DNA of 64,000 nucleotides, taken from contig CM059432.1 of the NCBI GenBank assembly GCA_030390025.1, forward strand, positions 29,390,001-29,454,000, read 5' to 3'. Shown here piece by piece: positions 1-13,135 of the stretch (positions are counted from its first letter, which is position 1; each line of letters begins with the position of its first letter). The notes beneath the pieces were generated by a model, which worked only from the letters and a program-made list of their open reading frames with translations, was not told the origin of the DNA and searched no databases. Source of the DNA: Squalus acanthias. Taxonomy: Eukaryota. A program made the position numbers and the translations under genes.

Positions 1-214
1 TAAAATACCAACCCACGTCCTGGGAGCAGTTGGCTACCTGCCCCCCTGTCCCGCCTCAGTAAAACCTGGACGTCAGCGGGTTGAAGCCGGCCTCTCGACA
101 TGCTTGGAGTTTTTGCCCAAAAACCACCCACCTGCACCCACTCCCACCCACTGGCCCGTGTTAAAATTCCCCCCATGGTTCAAGTTTATGCTCTAATGCA
201 TTTGCAAACATAAT

Positions 215-886
215 GGCCCTGATTTTGTAGTCGGAGGCTTTCCGTGGGGAAATGCCTCGATCCGCAAATAAAATGCCGGCATACCTGGTGGTCCGGGAGG
301 TACGGAGACTCGCGGTCCTGGGCCTCTCCGGGTACCCATGGGTAGAGGCCCACGTATCCCAGGGGTGCAGGCAGTTCGCAAGTGCCCGTGGGATCACGTG
401 GGCCAGCCCAACAAATGAAAAAAGGGGATCCCCATTCATGCTTATACCCCAAAAAGCATGAATTGGAATACCCCAAAAAATACATCTACACATCAAAGAA
501 AAAAAATTAAATATTTAAAATTAATTAAAATGCCATTTAATTAAATATTTAAAACAAAAATTTGATTTTTTGAAAAATAAATTTCAATGTTTTAAAGGGG
601 CTAAAAATAAACTTACCTTATTGCACAGGTTTTTTAATGGATAAATGATTGAAAAAAATTATTTTATGTTTTTTTAAACTCTTATGCTTTTTCCAGGCGT
701 AAGAATTTCACTGGACTCACTGGGCAGAAGTTGGGCAAATAGCCCAACTCTCTGCCCGCGGATGCCCTTTTTCTGGGGATGCGGATGATCTGTCAAGAAA
801 ACTGACAGATCGCAAAAAGAAGCTTTGCGCACGAAAACCCGAAACTTGCGTTGGCACCACGTATGCCGAGGATGCAGAGAAACTCC
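215..886. mobile_element. MITE related to 4184-4946, opposite orientation
   Basis: Shared cacgtatcccaggggtgca and gggatcacgtgggccag blocks; gatctgtca...tgacagatc hairpin. Confidence 0.7.
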
Positions 887-889
887 AGT

Positions 890-1703
890 ATGATTTGGAC
901 AGGTTGGGTGATTGGGCAGAAGCATGGCAGATGCAATATAATGTAGATAAATGCGAGGTTATCCACTTTGGTGTCAAAAACAGGAAGGCAGATTATTATC
1001 TGAATGGCAATAGATTGGGAGAAGGGGAAGTGCAACGAGACCTGGGTGTCCTTGTGCACCAGTCGCTGAAGGTAAACATGCAGGTGCAGCAGGCGGTTAA
1101 GAAGGCAAATGGTATGTTGGCCTTCGTAGCGAAAGGGTTCGAGTACAGGAGCAAGGATGTCTTGCTGCAGTTGTACAGGGCCTTGGTGAGACCACATCTT
1201 GAGTATTGTGTGCAGTTTTGGTCGCCTTATCTGAGGAAGGATGTTCTTGCCATGGAGGGAGTGCAGCGAAGATTCACCAGGCTGATACCTGGGATGGCAG
1301 GAATGACGTATGAGGAGAGATTGGGTCGATTGGGCTTATACTCGCTGGCTTTTAGAAGAATGAGAGGGGATCTCATTGAAACTTATAAAATTCTAACAGG
1401 ACTAGACAGACTAGATGCAGGAAGGATGTTCCTGATGGCCGGGGAGTCCAGAACCAGGGGTCACAGTCTAAGGATAAGGGGTAAGCCATTTAGGACTGAG
1501 ATGAGGAGGAATTTCTTCACCCAGAGAGTGGTGAACCTGTGGAGTTAGATATATTTCTTAAAGCTAAAGGGATCAAGGGATATGGAGAGAAGGCAGGGAC
1601 AGGGTACTGAATTTGGATGATCAGCCATGATCTCATTGAATGGCAGAGCAGGCTCGAGGGGCTGAATGGCCTACTCCTGCTCCTATCTTCTATGTTTCTA
1701 TGT
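890..1703 (+). mobile_element. CR1 (HER1-type) LINE 3' fragment
   Basis: ORF2 C-terminus WQMQYNVDKC...LVRPHLEYCVQFWSP...RGDLIETYKI...FFTQRVVNLW; 3' UTR gaatggcctactcctgctcct; tctatgtt tail. Confidence 0.93.
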
Positions 1704-1729
1704 ACGCGCCTGTAGAGGCCATGAATTAC

Positions 1730-2334
1730 GGGCCAAAATCTTCCATGAATCAGCGTAATCCAGCAATGTAATAGAACGTAACTGTTTATATTTTTCCCTT
1801 GCATGAACAAATATTCCTTGATATATTTAAGAGTGGTAACCTGGTGAAGTTTTATTAATACAGCTGAAAATGGGTTTATCACAAAAAATTAGTCCTCCAC
1901 CTGTGAGTAACCCGATTTTAAATCACTGAAAATGACTCAAAAAGCTATATTGAAACATTTACTAGTGTCATTGGTGTCAGTTTCTTTGTAAATTAAACAT
2001 TTTTTATTATTTAAAAACTTTTAAAACACGCCTTCTAGTGCATGTGCGCCTAAAAGAATGCGCTTAATTTGAAGAGCCTCCTCGAATGGTCAAAAACAGG
2101 CGCAATTGGCGGAAACTCGCCATGCTCAATATTTCGATAATGGGGCTTGGCCAATTTTGTAGGCAGGGCCGGCTTCCAGCGCGATGTTTTTTAAACCAGC
2201 AGTGAAGATCGTGGAAACTTGATTTGCGCTGGATGTAACTTGTACTTAAAATTCCTCGATCTTTTACGCTGGTTTGGCTGATTTCAGACGAATTGCGCTG
2301 CTAAAACAAATGCAAACTGGTGGAAACTCTGGGC
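1730..2334. mobile_element. Probable MITE
   Basis: Ends gggccaaaatcttcca / tggaaactctgggc; AT-rich centre and CpG-rich arm. Confidence 0.5.
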
Positions 2335-2687
2335 TATGTTCGCTGGAGCTGGTGCCCCAGGGACTACAGCAGAAGGCAGGGAAATGGTGCAGCTTGCCAG
2401 GCCACTTCCTTCCCCCACTCCCCACCCCTGTCGACATTTTACATGCCCCATCTTTTTAAATTTGAGTAGACTCTTTCATTTGGTCGATTGGTATTCCCCA
2501 GGCTGCATCCGATCTGTGGCTGAGAGGCGGTGAGGTAGATACCATGCTCCTACGATTTCATCCAAGACTATTGAGATCCGAACCTCCAGGATAGGACTGA
2601 GACTGACCCTGCCACTTCTACCTGGTCTGGTTTACATGTGACTTCTACATGGTTCTTTTCCACCCATCTTCAGTTTCCCTCCCCAAA

Positions 2688-3030
2688 CCATAGGAACATG
2701 AGTAGGCCATTCAGCCCCTCGAGCCTGTACTGCCATTCAATTAGATCATGGCTGATCTGTACCTCAATTCCATTTACCCGCTTTGGTTCCATATCCCTTT
2801 ATACCTTGCCTAACAAAAATCTAATGATCACAGTCTTGAAAGTTTCAGTTGACCCAGCATCCACAGGGGAGAGGGAGTGCCAGATTTCTACTACCCTTTG
2901 TGTGAAGATGTGCTGACTGATTACATTCCTGAATGGCCTGTCTTTAATTTTAAGATTATGCTCCCTTGTTCTAGATTCACGCACCAGAGGAAATAGTTTC
3001 TCTTTATCTTCCCAATCGAACCCTTTTATT
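2688..3030 (-). mobile_element. CR1 3' fragment
   Basis: KLFPLVRESRTREHNLKI...FTQRVVEIW; 3' UTR motif. Confidence 0.85.
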
Positions 3031-4183
3031 CTCTCCCTCACTGTGGGCTAGGGTCTGCCTTGCACTCAGCACCTCCCCCCTGCACAGATGCTCAAGGGGA
3101 TGAGGGGAAAACACAACCTCTCCCTGTGCTCTATACCAATGGCTGCTGATCATCTGGAACAGAGTTTGCTTACTCTCTGAAACCCTTTGTACTACATGGA
3201 AAGCAAAACAAAAACAATCAGACAAAGTTCTATTAAGTTCTTTTACTTCTCAACTTCTCCAACTTCCTTTTACAAGAATTCAACGCTAGCACAGCTTTTA
3301 AATCAAATTCACTTGGACTTTTCTGACAGGGACAGGTCATCCGATTTCTGAAAAACATGATTTTTTTATACATTCAGTGTCATTTTAATGGCAAGGTATC
3401 CTCCGCTGGACCGAGCGAGACCTGAAATAAAAGCATTTTAAGTAACAATCTATAAAACATTGTGACATGCTGGTTTTCAAATGCTTTGCACCAGTGTGGC
3501 AGGCTTCAGATCAGCTCTGCCTCTGTTGAAAGGAATATGACATGAAATCTTCCAGTTTTAGACACATTATAGGTTTTTAGGAAATGGGAGGGGACAAAAT
3601 GGACGCTTTCTTCCTTACCTCAAGTGGTAAATCTTTCAGACAATCCACTTAAGAGCACTGTGGCCCTTAGCCTGCTATTAATTTTCTATCTGGTTGACTT
3701 GATGTACATATTGATGAGGTACTTCCTGAGTGGGGAGGCGATTAATGCTGGCTGCAGTGTCAGGGTGACTTAATGTCAGAATCATCTTCACCTCTTTTTT
3801 CCTTTAACACTAGACCCTTGGTTGCTTTGGTATTATGACTTAAGACTGTCTTCGCTCCCGGTCAGAGGAGACATTTGTGCATTGTTTAAAATGGTTTATT
3901 TCTTCCCTCAGATCTCTCTTAGTTTATCATGGGAAAGCTGGGAGTCTTGAGTGACAGGCTTCTTGTAGAGTGACAGGCTGATTTTTCTCCATCCTCTCCT
4001 GAAGGTGCTGCCACACACCTGGTTACCCTCCGACACTTTGCCCACATAGGTAGAGGGTGGAAATTACGCTGTCTTCCTCTTTTTGCCATTTTAATGAGAC
4101 GTTATTTTAACTGGGTTAATGCCTCTGTTAAAATAGCAGACAAAGTAATTTTACACAAACATGGAAACTACTCTGAAGTTATT

Positions 4184-4946
4184 GGCCCGTATTTTCCGAT
4201 GCCTACGGGTGTGTACGCGCTGTGTACCCACCCGTAGGGACATCGGAAATGCCGGTTTCAGGCATGCGAAGCGCATGCGCTGAAAACCGGCATTTCCCAT
4301 CTGTCAAGAATCTTCTTGACAGATCGCATGACTACACAAGAGAAGGGCCTCTGCGGGTGGAGTGTTCCGCTTTCTGCAGAACCTCCGCCCGCTGAAAACC
4401 CTTAAAATATTTACGCCTGGTAAAAGCAGGCATAAGGCCTGCTTTTACCAGCATAAGAGTTTAAAAAAGTTAAAAATATATATTTTTTTCACTCATTTAT
4501 AAGTTAAAAATACTTTTTAAAAAGGTAAGTTTATTTTTAGCCCCGTAAAAAACTTTAATTATTTTTTCAAAAAATAAATTTTTTGTTTATAATATTTAAT
4601 TTAATGTAATTTTAACTCATTTTTAAAAACGTGATGGTTATTTTAAAATTTATTTAATGTTTTGATGTATTTTTGGGGTGATCTCCATTCATGCTTTTGC
4701 CAGGTCTATCTGTCAAAAGTATGAAGGGCGATTTCCTTCTCCTATTGGCTCGCCTGGCCCACGTGATCCCAGGGACACTTGCAAACTGCATGCACCCCTG
4801 GGATACGTGGGCCCTGCGCATTTCGACTGTGGAGAGGCCCAGCATCGGAAGTGTCCGGACCTCGGGAGCCCTCAGGTAAGAGTGTAGATTTTTTTACGAT
4901 AGGAGGCATCCGCACGCAGGAAACCTCCTATCGGAAATTATGGGCC
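4184..4946. mobile_element. MITE with GGCCC TIRs and internal palindromes
   Basis: TIR GGCCCGTATTTTCCGAT / ATCGGAAATTATGGGCC; AT-rich centre. Confidence 0.78.
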
Positions 4947-6709
4947 AATATCACACAGCATATTTTCCAGGTTCATATCAACAAATGTGGGAGGTGATAT
5001 GAGTAATTTGAGACATGACATTTGGTAAGTACAGCATACTTGGGAGGGAAAAAGTGACTTTGAGCTTATGGTTCCCAAAGCTTTCCATCACTGGGGATTT
5101 CTTAGCATCATATCTGTATCTGTGGCAGTTTACATGCTAGAGATTGGTTGTTATAATTAGTCAATAACACCATTATTATTGAATCATGTGACTACCAGGA
5201 TGGTAGAAGGTGAACTAGATGGACCTTGGTCGTTTTTTGTCTAGCAATTCCTTTTTGATTGCAGCCAAGCCTGTATGGGTCACTTGTAGTGATCATGAGT
5301 GGGATCATCATTAACCTTCCAGCCCTAGCCCATTGTACTGACGCCAATTATGTTGTGATACATGCAACGTGGTAAAATAGTTTGCTGAAACTCACTACTT
5401 TTGCGAGCACATGGGTGGATGTCAGGTAAGGACAGCACTGGGATGGCCAGGACCATGACTGACACTCACTGCCAGCCTTGATATTTACACACGTGTTGAT
5501 GTGAAATTCAGAACTCCCACCACCCCAGCTGATGATCAACTAACTCAGCGAAGGCCGGGGACCAAACCTTTTTAAAAAATCATTCTTGGGATGTGGGCAA
5601 ACCTGTAAAGTCAGTATTTATTGCCCACTCACAATGTAGAAGTCACATGTAAGCCAGAGCAGGTAGGAATGGCCTTTCCTAAAGGGCATCATTGAACCAG
5701 TTAGGTTCTTGTAGCATTTTCTCTGATGCTAGCCTAGATCTCCGGGTTCCTAGTCCAGTAGCATAACCACTAGGCTACCGCATGCCTGGGGCCTGCTTAG
5801 TCTGTATGGGTCAGCTATTTACCTGATAAACTCACCAAGCCATTGAGGGAACAGATGATGATCGTTGGCAGTGACCTGTCCTGACTGATCCCCACCATTC
5901 TACGTGTCGTTCAAGTTTTGGCATTGGGACGATCAGTGGAAATCCTTAGGGAAACAGCTGGAAACTTCATTAAATTGTGGAAATTGTGAGGGGAGGACCT
6001 GCATGCAATTTCTTGATGAGTGAGTGTGCAGGAGCCCAATTATGAGCCACATCCCAGAAACCAGACATCAAAGGTCTAAGGGCCGAAAGGTCAGCTGGCA
6101 GTTCATTTAAAGGGCACAGTAATATAAAGAGAAGTGGATTTAGGGTTTGCTACACTGTTTTGGATTTTTTTTTCTCCTTGTGGCCCTTAGCTCCTGAAGA
6201 GCTATTTTGCCCATTGTTTTCATTTTTGTCCCAACACCATTACTGACACCAGTTTCCCAATGGAAATCCACCGATCTGAGGTGTTCGAAGAAAAAGATTG
6301 CCATGCAGGATGCTGGTACCTACAAACCTGTATCATCACACAGAAGCAACTCGCCAATGCTTCTTCGCCAGCACCTCCCAAACCCGCAACCTCTACCACC
6401 TAAAAGGACAAGGGCAGCAGGCGCATGGGAACACCACCACCTCCACTTTGGTGGGAGATTAGTGCATGTGGATATTCCTCCTAATGGCATGATTAAGACG
6501 TGTGCAATTAAGATACTTTTGTTCCTTGGAAGCACCCCAATCACATTATGTCACGGCCAGGTCATTAGAGCCACTGTAACCCAATTGGCCCCACCCACCA
6601 CAATACAAGCAATCAAGTGGTCAACAACATCTTTTGGATGCCCTGGCACACCTACCTGACAATGATCATAAGAAAATGTCTTCTCAGGGTTGTCAAGGTA
6701 CCAGATGGC

Positions 6710-7400
6710 ATCCAGTGTCCATGCAAACATACCCCAGTGTGAGGGCAGCCAGAGATCATGGGACTGTAACCAGTGAGAGGGAAACCAGTGTAAAAGAAAA
6801 CCTTACATTTATATAGCGCCTTTCACAACCTCAGGATGTCCCAAAACGCTTTACAGCCGATTAAGTACTTTTTGAAGTGAACTCACTGGTATAATGTAGG
6901 AAACGTGGTAGCCAATTTGTGAACAGCAAATTCCCACAAACAGCAATGTGATGATGACCAGATAATTTGTTTAGCGATGTTGATTGAGGGATAAATATTG
7001 GCCAGAATAGCTTCCTGTTCTTCTTCGAATAGTGCAATGGGATCTTTTACGTCCACCTGAGAGAGCAGACGGGGCCTTGGTTTAAAGTCTCATCCAAAGG
7101 ACTGCACCTCTGACAGTCCCTCAGTACATTGGAGTGTCAGTCTAGATTTTTGTGTTCAAGTCTCTGGAGTGGAACTATGAACTGATAACCTTCTGACTCA
7201 GAGGGCGAGTGTGCTACCCACTGAGCCACGGCTGACATCCTATGAGACTGTACCCAGTATGAAGGCAGCTAGTGTTCATGGGACTGTTCCAGTGTTAGAG
7301 CAGCCATTATTCATGGGACTGTTCCAGTGTTCATGGGACCTGTGGGGTCTGCCAGTGTCATTAAACCAGATTCCAGTGTGTGAGCAGCCAGTGCCCATGG
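6710..7400. repeat. ~35-bp degenerate minisatellite split by a SINE
   Basis: Unit approximately ccagtgtgagggcagccagtgttcatgggactgtt, on both sides of 6793-7237. Confidence 0.65.
6793..7237 (-). mobile_element. Deu-domain tRNA SINE (SacSINE1-like) with L2-type tail
   Basis: Head gtcagccgtggctcagtgggtagcac; core ccccgtctgctctctcaggtggacgtaaaagatccc; tail ggcgctatataaatg. Confidence 0.82.
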
Positions 7401-7463
7401 TGGGAATACAGTGCAGATTCACCATAATGATACCAGGGCTTAAGGGGTTAAAAAAAATGTTAT

Positions 7464-7790
7464 TAGTTCATGGGATGTGGACGTCGCTGGCAAGGCCAGC
7501 ATTTATTGCCCATCCCTTGAGAAGGTGGTGGTGAGCCGCCTTCTTGAACCGTTGCAGTCCGTGTGGTGAAGGTACTCCCACAATGCTGTGAGGGAGGGTG
7601 TTCCAGGATTTTGACCCAGCGACGAAGAAGGAATGGCGATATATTTCCAAGTCAGGATGGTGCGTGACTTGGAGGGGAACTTGGAGGTGGTGGTGTTCCC
7701 ATTAGCCTGCTGCCCTTGTCCTTCTAGGTGGAAGAGGTCACGGGTTTGGGAGGTGCTGCCGAAGAACCCTTGGTGAGTTGCTGCAGTGCA
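7464..7790 (-). mobile_element. Second LINE family 3' end (smaller pieces also at ~6345-6445 + and ~17210-17335 -)
   Basis: SFFVAGSKSWNTLP...QRFKKAAHHHLL. Confidence 0.82.
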
Positions 7791-7817
7791 ATTATGACTA
7801 TAAGTTTTATAAACTTT

Positions 7818-8584
7818 GAGGGAAAAATTTGGTATAGCCCCGTTTGGGGCATTAAAACTTTAAAAGTTGAAAAATTAGCGCCAGGCGCTAATCGTTCTCG
7901 CCTCCCGCGAAATTCAGTTTTAGCGCTCCAAGAGGAAAGTAGAGCGCTAAATCAAGTGCTAACCACTTCTCTTAGCTAAAGTGTGTCAGAGGGGCAGTAG
8001 CGGCAGAGCGCTGAAGAATGTGCAGTGCGGTGCTACCGGCATCAGAGGCTCCTTCCCTTGCCTAAAGGGAAGGGCCAATGATGGTTTGCAACATTCTTCT
8101 TCTTAGTTCTGTGGGGCCAGGGGACCTGCACGACTTCCATTACAGCCCCAATCACTCTCAGAGAGTGGAGGGCTTAGGCATCGCGCAACAATGAGGCTTC
8201 AAAAACTTTCAGCAGGCACCAGACTGGTGCGAAGAATAAAGTTTGGCCTATCTGACCACCACTACCTTTAATTATCACTCCCCAAGTGGCCAGCTGAGGT
8301 GACAAAGCCTCCTGTTGCTGCCGTTGTTGACGACTGGTGATACAGCGGGGGGCGGGAGCGAATTTCACATCTGGGGCGGTAACGGGGCGCTGCGCACTTG
8401 AATGATGTCACGATCTACGGGGCGCTAGAGACCGAGGCAGTAAGTGTTAGCGCTAGCTCAAAACCGCCAGGGAAGTTCACGGGTGTCGCTGAATTCGGCG
8501 CGCCCGGTCAGTAACCCCTTAGCGCCCCGTTACCGCCCCCCGCAGGCGCTAACAGGAGGTGCAAAGCAGCCGAATTTCTAGCCC
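7818..8584. mobile_element. Harbinger-type MITE
   Basis: Imperfect TIR GAGGGAAAAATTTGG / CCGAATTTCTAGCCC; TSD TTT; many agcgc/gcgct motifs. Confidence 0.72.
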
Positions 8585-8585
8585 T

Positions 8586-8805
8586 TTGTTTGTATTCCCT
8601 TAAGTTGAGAAGGTTGAGGGCTGATCTAATTGAGGCATTTAAAATGATAGAAGAATTTGACAAGGTAGATACAGGGAAACTATTTCCTCTGGTGGGGTAA
8701 TCCAGATAAGGGGACATAATCTTAAAATTAGAACTAGGCGATTTAGGAGTGAAATCAAGAAGCACTTTTTTACACAAAGGGTAGTAGAAATCTAGAGCTC
8801 TCCAA
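8586..8805 (+). mobile_element. CR1 fragment
   Basis: agaaggttgagggctgatctaattgagg...ttttacacaaagggtagtagaaatctag. Confidence 0.75.
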
Positions 8806-8820
8806 TGGCTCACACTGCCC

Positions 8821-8975
8821 ATATGACTCATACTGCAGTGATATCGTGTCACATGACTTACACTATGATAACATTCTACCACTTGACTTACACTGCCGTG
8901 ATATTGTACCACGTGACTCACATTGTAGTGATATTGTACAATAGGACTTTTACTGCTGTGATACTGTGTCATGAT
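8821..8975. repeat. 30-bp degenerate minisatellite, ~5 copies
   Basis: Unit approximately acatgacttacactgcagtgatattgtacc. Confidence 0.8.
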
Positions 8976-9999
8976 TATAGTTACGTGCTTTAAGCGCCTT
9001 TATTAAAATTATATACAGAGGGACTTTATATCCATGTATTGATATGTTTTTTACTAATATTGCACTGCACGACTTCAATCCATGTGTGTCTTAAATGTTA
9101 GTTGATTGCCGAAGAGGGTTTGCAGGTTAACTAAAAAAATAAAAAAAAATGTCCTTTTGGATTCTCCAAGATGGCTGCCGACATTTCCACTCACAAAGTC
9201 AATCGAGTCAATTATATAAAACCAGGGGGAAAAATCAAACTTTTTCCTCGAGTTACCATCAAAGATTAATCACTCAAAACATTGCAAACATGTTAAAGTA
9301 ATAACAAAAAAAGGCTGTGATTATTCAGTTAATGAAATATTGATCAGGTACATGAGTGACCAATTAATAATTGAAGCCATAGTGTGTAATACAGTTAAGC
9401 AGAACAATGTTTCAAGTGTTTTATCTGTAAGTAGTTTTTATCTTAAGTGCAGCATCCATATTCAGCAGTGGCTAGATTCAATCTGGTGTTCTATGCCTCA
9501 CCAAGTTAAAGGAAGCTTCAGAAACAAGTATTAACTGTTTCATGTTTTAGCAGTAAATATTCTGCTTCACTCTCCTTTAAGGGTGAAACATTATTGAGGT
9601 AAATAGTGCTCATTAAATCAATGCTGCTGGATACAATTTTAGTTTTTTTTCCCCCTCCACTAATTTACCACTGTGCCAGTATTGAGCATTTCTAGGTCAG
9701 ACACAACACAGCCAAAGGAAGAAAGGAAGAAAGGAAGGATAAACAGAGGGAGGGAAGGAGAAAGGAAGGAAGGACTACTACATTTATTTTGCTCCTATTC
9801 AATCTACTTCCAAGCACCGACAAGAACAACAACTTTAGCACTGCCATCATTTGATATTCAACCCAAATGGTGTGTGCCTCACGTGTGATGTCAAACATGA
9901 GGAGCCCATGGATTCCTTCATATCGTAAATTAAGACTATCTGATCAGCAGCCTCAGCACTGAGACCTTCCTTATCAAAGCCCCCACATCTCCCTGCATC

Positions 10000-10400
10000 C
10001 CCCACAGAAATGTCAATGTATCCTGAACTCCGCTGCCTACATCCTATCCCACACAAGGTGCTGGTCACCTATCACCTCTGTCGCTTCGGAACTTCACTCA
10101 GTACATCAACTTCAAAATCGTCATCTCTCCATGGTCTCAATCCTCCAATGTTTTTCAACTCTACATCCCTATCTGCCCACTTTATGCTTCTAACTCTGAT
10201 CTATTACACAACTCCCCCTCCCTCTACTGTGCCATCAGTGGCAAAGCCTTCAACATTCTCGCCCACCATACTGTAAATCTCTCCATGCCCCCCTCCCTAC
10301 CTTCAAAACCTATCTTATCCAACCTATCTTAGATACTTCCCTTAATTTGCCTTCTACTACTGCTTAGATCTGACTCCCAACTGTGAAGGGATGTTTTACC
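10000..10400 (+). mobile_element. Highly degraded L2 3' fragment
   Basis: aactccgctgcc...cacctatcacc...caacttcaaaatc...ccttcaaaacctatct, colinear with L2. Confidence 0.5.
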
Positions 10401-10524
10401 ATGGTAGAGGCACCACATGACTGTTGTGATTGTCATTGTTTCCTGACCCTATCAGCCCTATCCTTTGGTACCTCAGCACACAGAGGGATAAATTTTCATA
10501 TTCACTTCCTGGTCAGTAATAATA

Positions 10525-10967
10525 AAAAAGAAAGATTTACATTTATAAAGCACCTATCACAACTTCAGAACATCCCAAAGCACTTTACAACCAATGAAGT
10601 CGTTTTGAAGTGTATTCACTGTTGTAATGTGGGCAATGCGCAGCCAATTTGCGCACAGCAAGGTCCCACAAACAGCAATGAGGTAATGACCTGATAATCT
10701 GTTTTTTAATGGTGTTGCTTGAAGGATAAATATTGGCCAGGACACCAGGGAGAACTCCCCTGCTCTTCTTTGAATAGTGCCATGGGTTATTTTATAGGGC
10801 CTTGGTTAAACGTCACATCTGAAAGACAGCACCTCTGACAATGGAGCACTCCCTCAGTACTGCACTGAAGTATCAAGCCTAGATTATGTGCTCAACTACC
10901 TGGAGTGGGACTTGAACCTGCAACATTCTGACTCAGGCGAGAGGGCTACTATTGAACCACAGCTAAT
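10525..10967 (-). mobile_element. Deu-domain SINE
   Basis: Colinear with 6793-7237 and 61003-61478. Confidence 0.8.
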
Positions 10968-11954
10968 GTAGCATAGTGGATCGCCTGCAATTGTAGAACC
11001 AGTCAATTTTCACTTTTACGGATACCAGCTTTTTATTTCCAAATGTTTTTAACTAAATTCAAATTCTCAAACTACCATGGTGGGATTTGAACTCACGAGA
11101 CTTTGGAGTATTAGCCCAGGCTTCTAGATTACTAGCCCAGTAACATAGTAACTAAACTATTGTACCCACATGGTTCTTGGGACATTCCTAATCTGTAAAG
11201 CTCAGCACCACACCATTCATTCACCAAGCCATTGGAGAATGACACACATATATTAAGAATAGAACTTCTTTGACAAGGCCGCAGACTTATTGGGCCTTTA
11301 TATTTTTTCTTCTTCTAAAAAGACTTCTTTTCCCAGTTGGACATGCCCAGAAGCAAAATACCAGCATTCAGTCAAAGAGAATGACTGAAGATGTAAAGAA
11401 TGCATCCCTTTCTCCATCTCTCTCTCATCCCACCAAATCTCTTAACGATGAGCCTGTCATCTCCCCTTCATCCCATTCAATCGACCCTCCAATAACCCAG
11501 AAATTCCTCTAAGGCTCCTGAGCATATGTTGAAATTTGCAGGGTCATCTCAGCTTGATTCTATTGACAGATTCCACCCCTTGCCTACATTTCAAAAAGAT
11601 TTGATTTATTTCCCTCCTGCTCTGAACTGCAGGAGTTTATCTATAGATTGCACAAGGTCGCTTAACCGAGGCCCAGCACTTATGAATCTTTTACTACTGA
11701 CAGCTCGTTTAGCTTACCCTTGGAATATTAACATGCTTTAAAATGCTTTTTATAGTTAAGAACTCTCTATTTCATAATTAATCAATCTTAAGACCCATTT
11801 AGGGGCCGTAAGTGGAACCTGGCAGTCATTAAAGTATTCCCTACATTAACCTTAATATGGCTCCACCCCATCCAAAAAAGTAAAATCAACTTTAAGTCAA
11901 GCAAGTTATTTACTTCGGCAGCATTCTTACCCTAGTGATTTGCCTTTAATATAT

Positions 11955-12320
11955 CATAGAATCATACAATTATACAGCACAGAAGGATGTCATTCGGCCC
12001 ATCGTGCCTGTGTCGGCTCTTTGAAAGAGCTATTTTTTCTTTTCAAGTATATATCCAATTCCCTTGTGAAAGTTTTTATTGAATCTGCCCTTTCAGACAG
12101 TGCATTCCAGATCATAACAACTCGCTGCGTAAAAAATTCTCCTCAGCTCCCCTCTGATTCTTTTGCTAATTATCTTAAATTTGTGTCCTCTGGTTACCGA
12201 CCCACCTGCCAGTGGAAACAGTTTCTCCCGATCTACGCTATCAAAACCCCTCATAATTTTGAACTTCTCTATTAAATCATCCCTTAACCTTCTTTGCTCG
12301 AAGGAGTACAATCCCAATTA
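11955..12320 (-). mobile_element. CR1 3' fragment
   Basis: LYSFEQRRLRDDLIEKFKIMRGFD...TRGHKFK. Confidence 0.85.
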
Positions 12321-12709
12321 CTGAATTAACTATAAGTAAAAACTGGTGATACCCCAGTGTGAGAGACATGGAGAGTTTCCAGAATTTGCCCATTAGAGGA
12401 AATGTTTGTGCAAGGGATACCCCTTATACCCGATAATATGCTGTGACACCTTATAATAAAAAGATAAAGAGATAAATATGTGCAATAGCTTACCCAAGAG
12501 GCAATTCAGGTGAAGGATTTTATAACTTTTAAGAAGATAATGAATACATTTTTGGCAGACAGGCTATTGAAGGGTATCAGAGGTAAAGTGGGGTTAGAGG
12601 TCTGTGATTCTTTTGGGGATTGACTCAATAGATGAGGATGGTTGTTTCCATCCCTAGGTATATGTTCTATGGAAATTGGAACTAATGTGAAGGGAAGTAG
12701 TCTAAGGAT

Positions 12710-13105
12710 GCATCATGGATAATGATGGACTCCAGGAACTTGCATGATTGACTTAGAAAGTCAAAGAAGAATACCATGACATCCTCAATAACATTGATAC
12801 CCTATGTTACTGCATGATACTCCATGATAATCATGATTAACAATGCCACACTCAATTAGTCTGATGCACTATCATATCCCTGATATTCCATTACCCACGA
12901 TGACACCCCCAATAATTTTTGATACCCTATGATACCCTGTGATAATCCATGATACCTAATAACCCACAATAGACCCTAATAGGCCATGATATTCCATGAT
13001 GCACCATAATATCTCCAGTGCTTTCTATTGCTCCATGATACCCTTAGATACTCCATGATGCCCCCGATACCCCATATAACTTCTGATACTCCCAATGCCC
13101 AATAA
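12710..13105. repeat. ~10-bp degenerate tandem repeat
   Basis: gatactccat / gataccctat units. Confidence 0.7.
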
Positions 13106-13135
13106 TATGTGTGGCTCAGGAGGCTCAAACACCAA

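Noticed and set aside
895..1548. 217-aa ORF as a functional gene
   Set aside because: 5'-truncated CR1 ORF2 tail with an internal deletion near 1545
8821..8975. Regular 30-bp repeats resembling a CRISPR array or coding repeat
   Set aside because: Contiguous tandem units without spacers, no cas genes, vertebrate context
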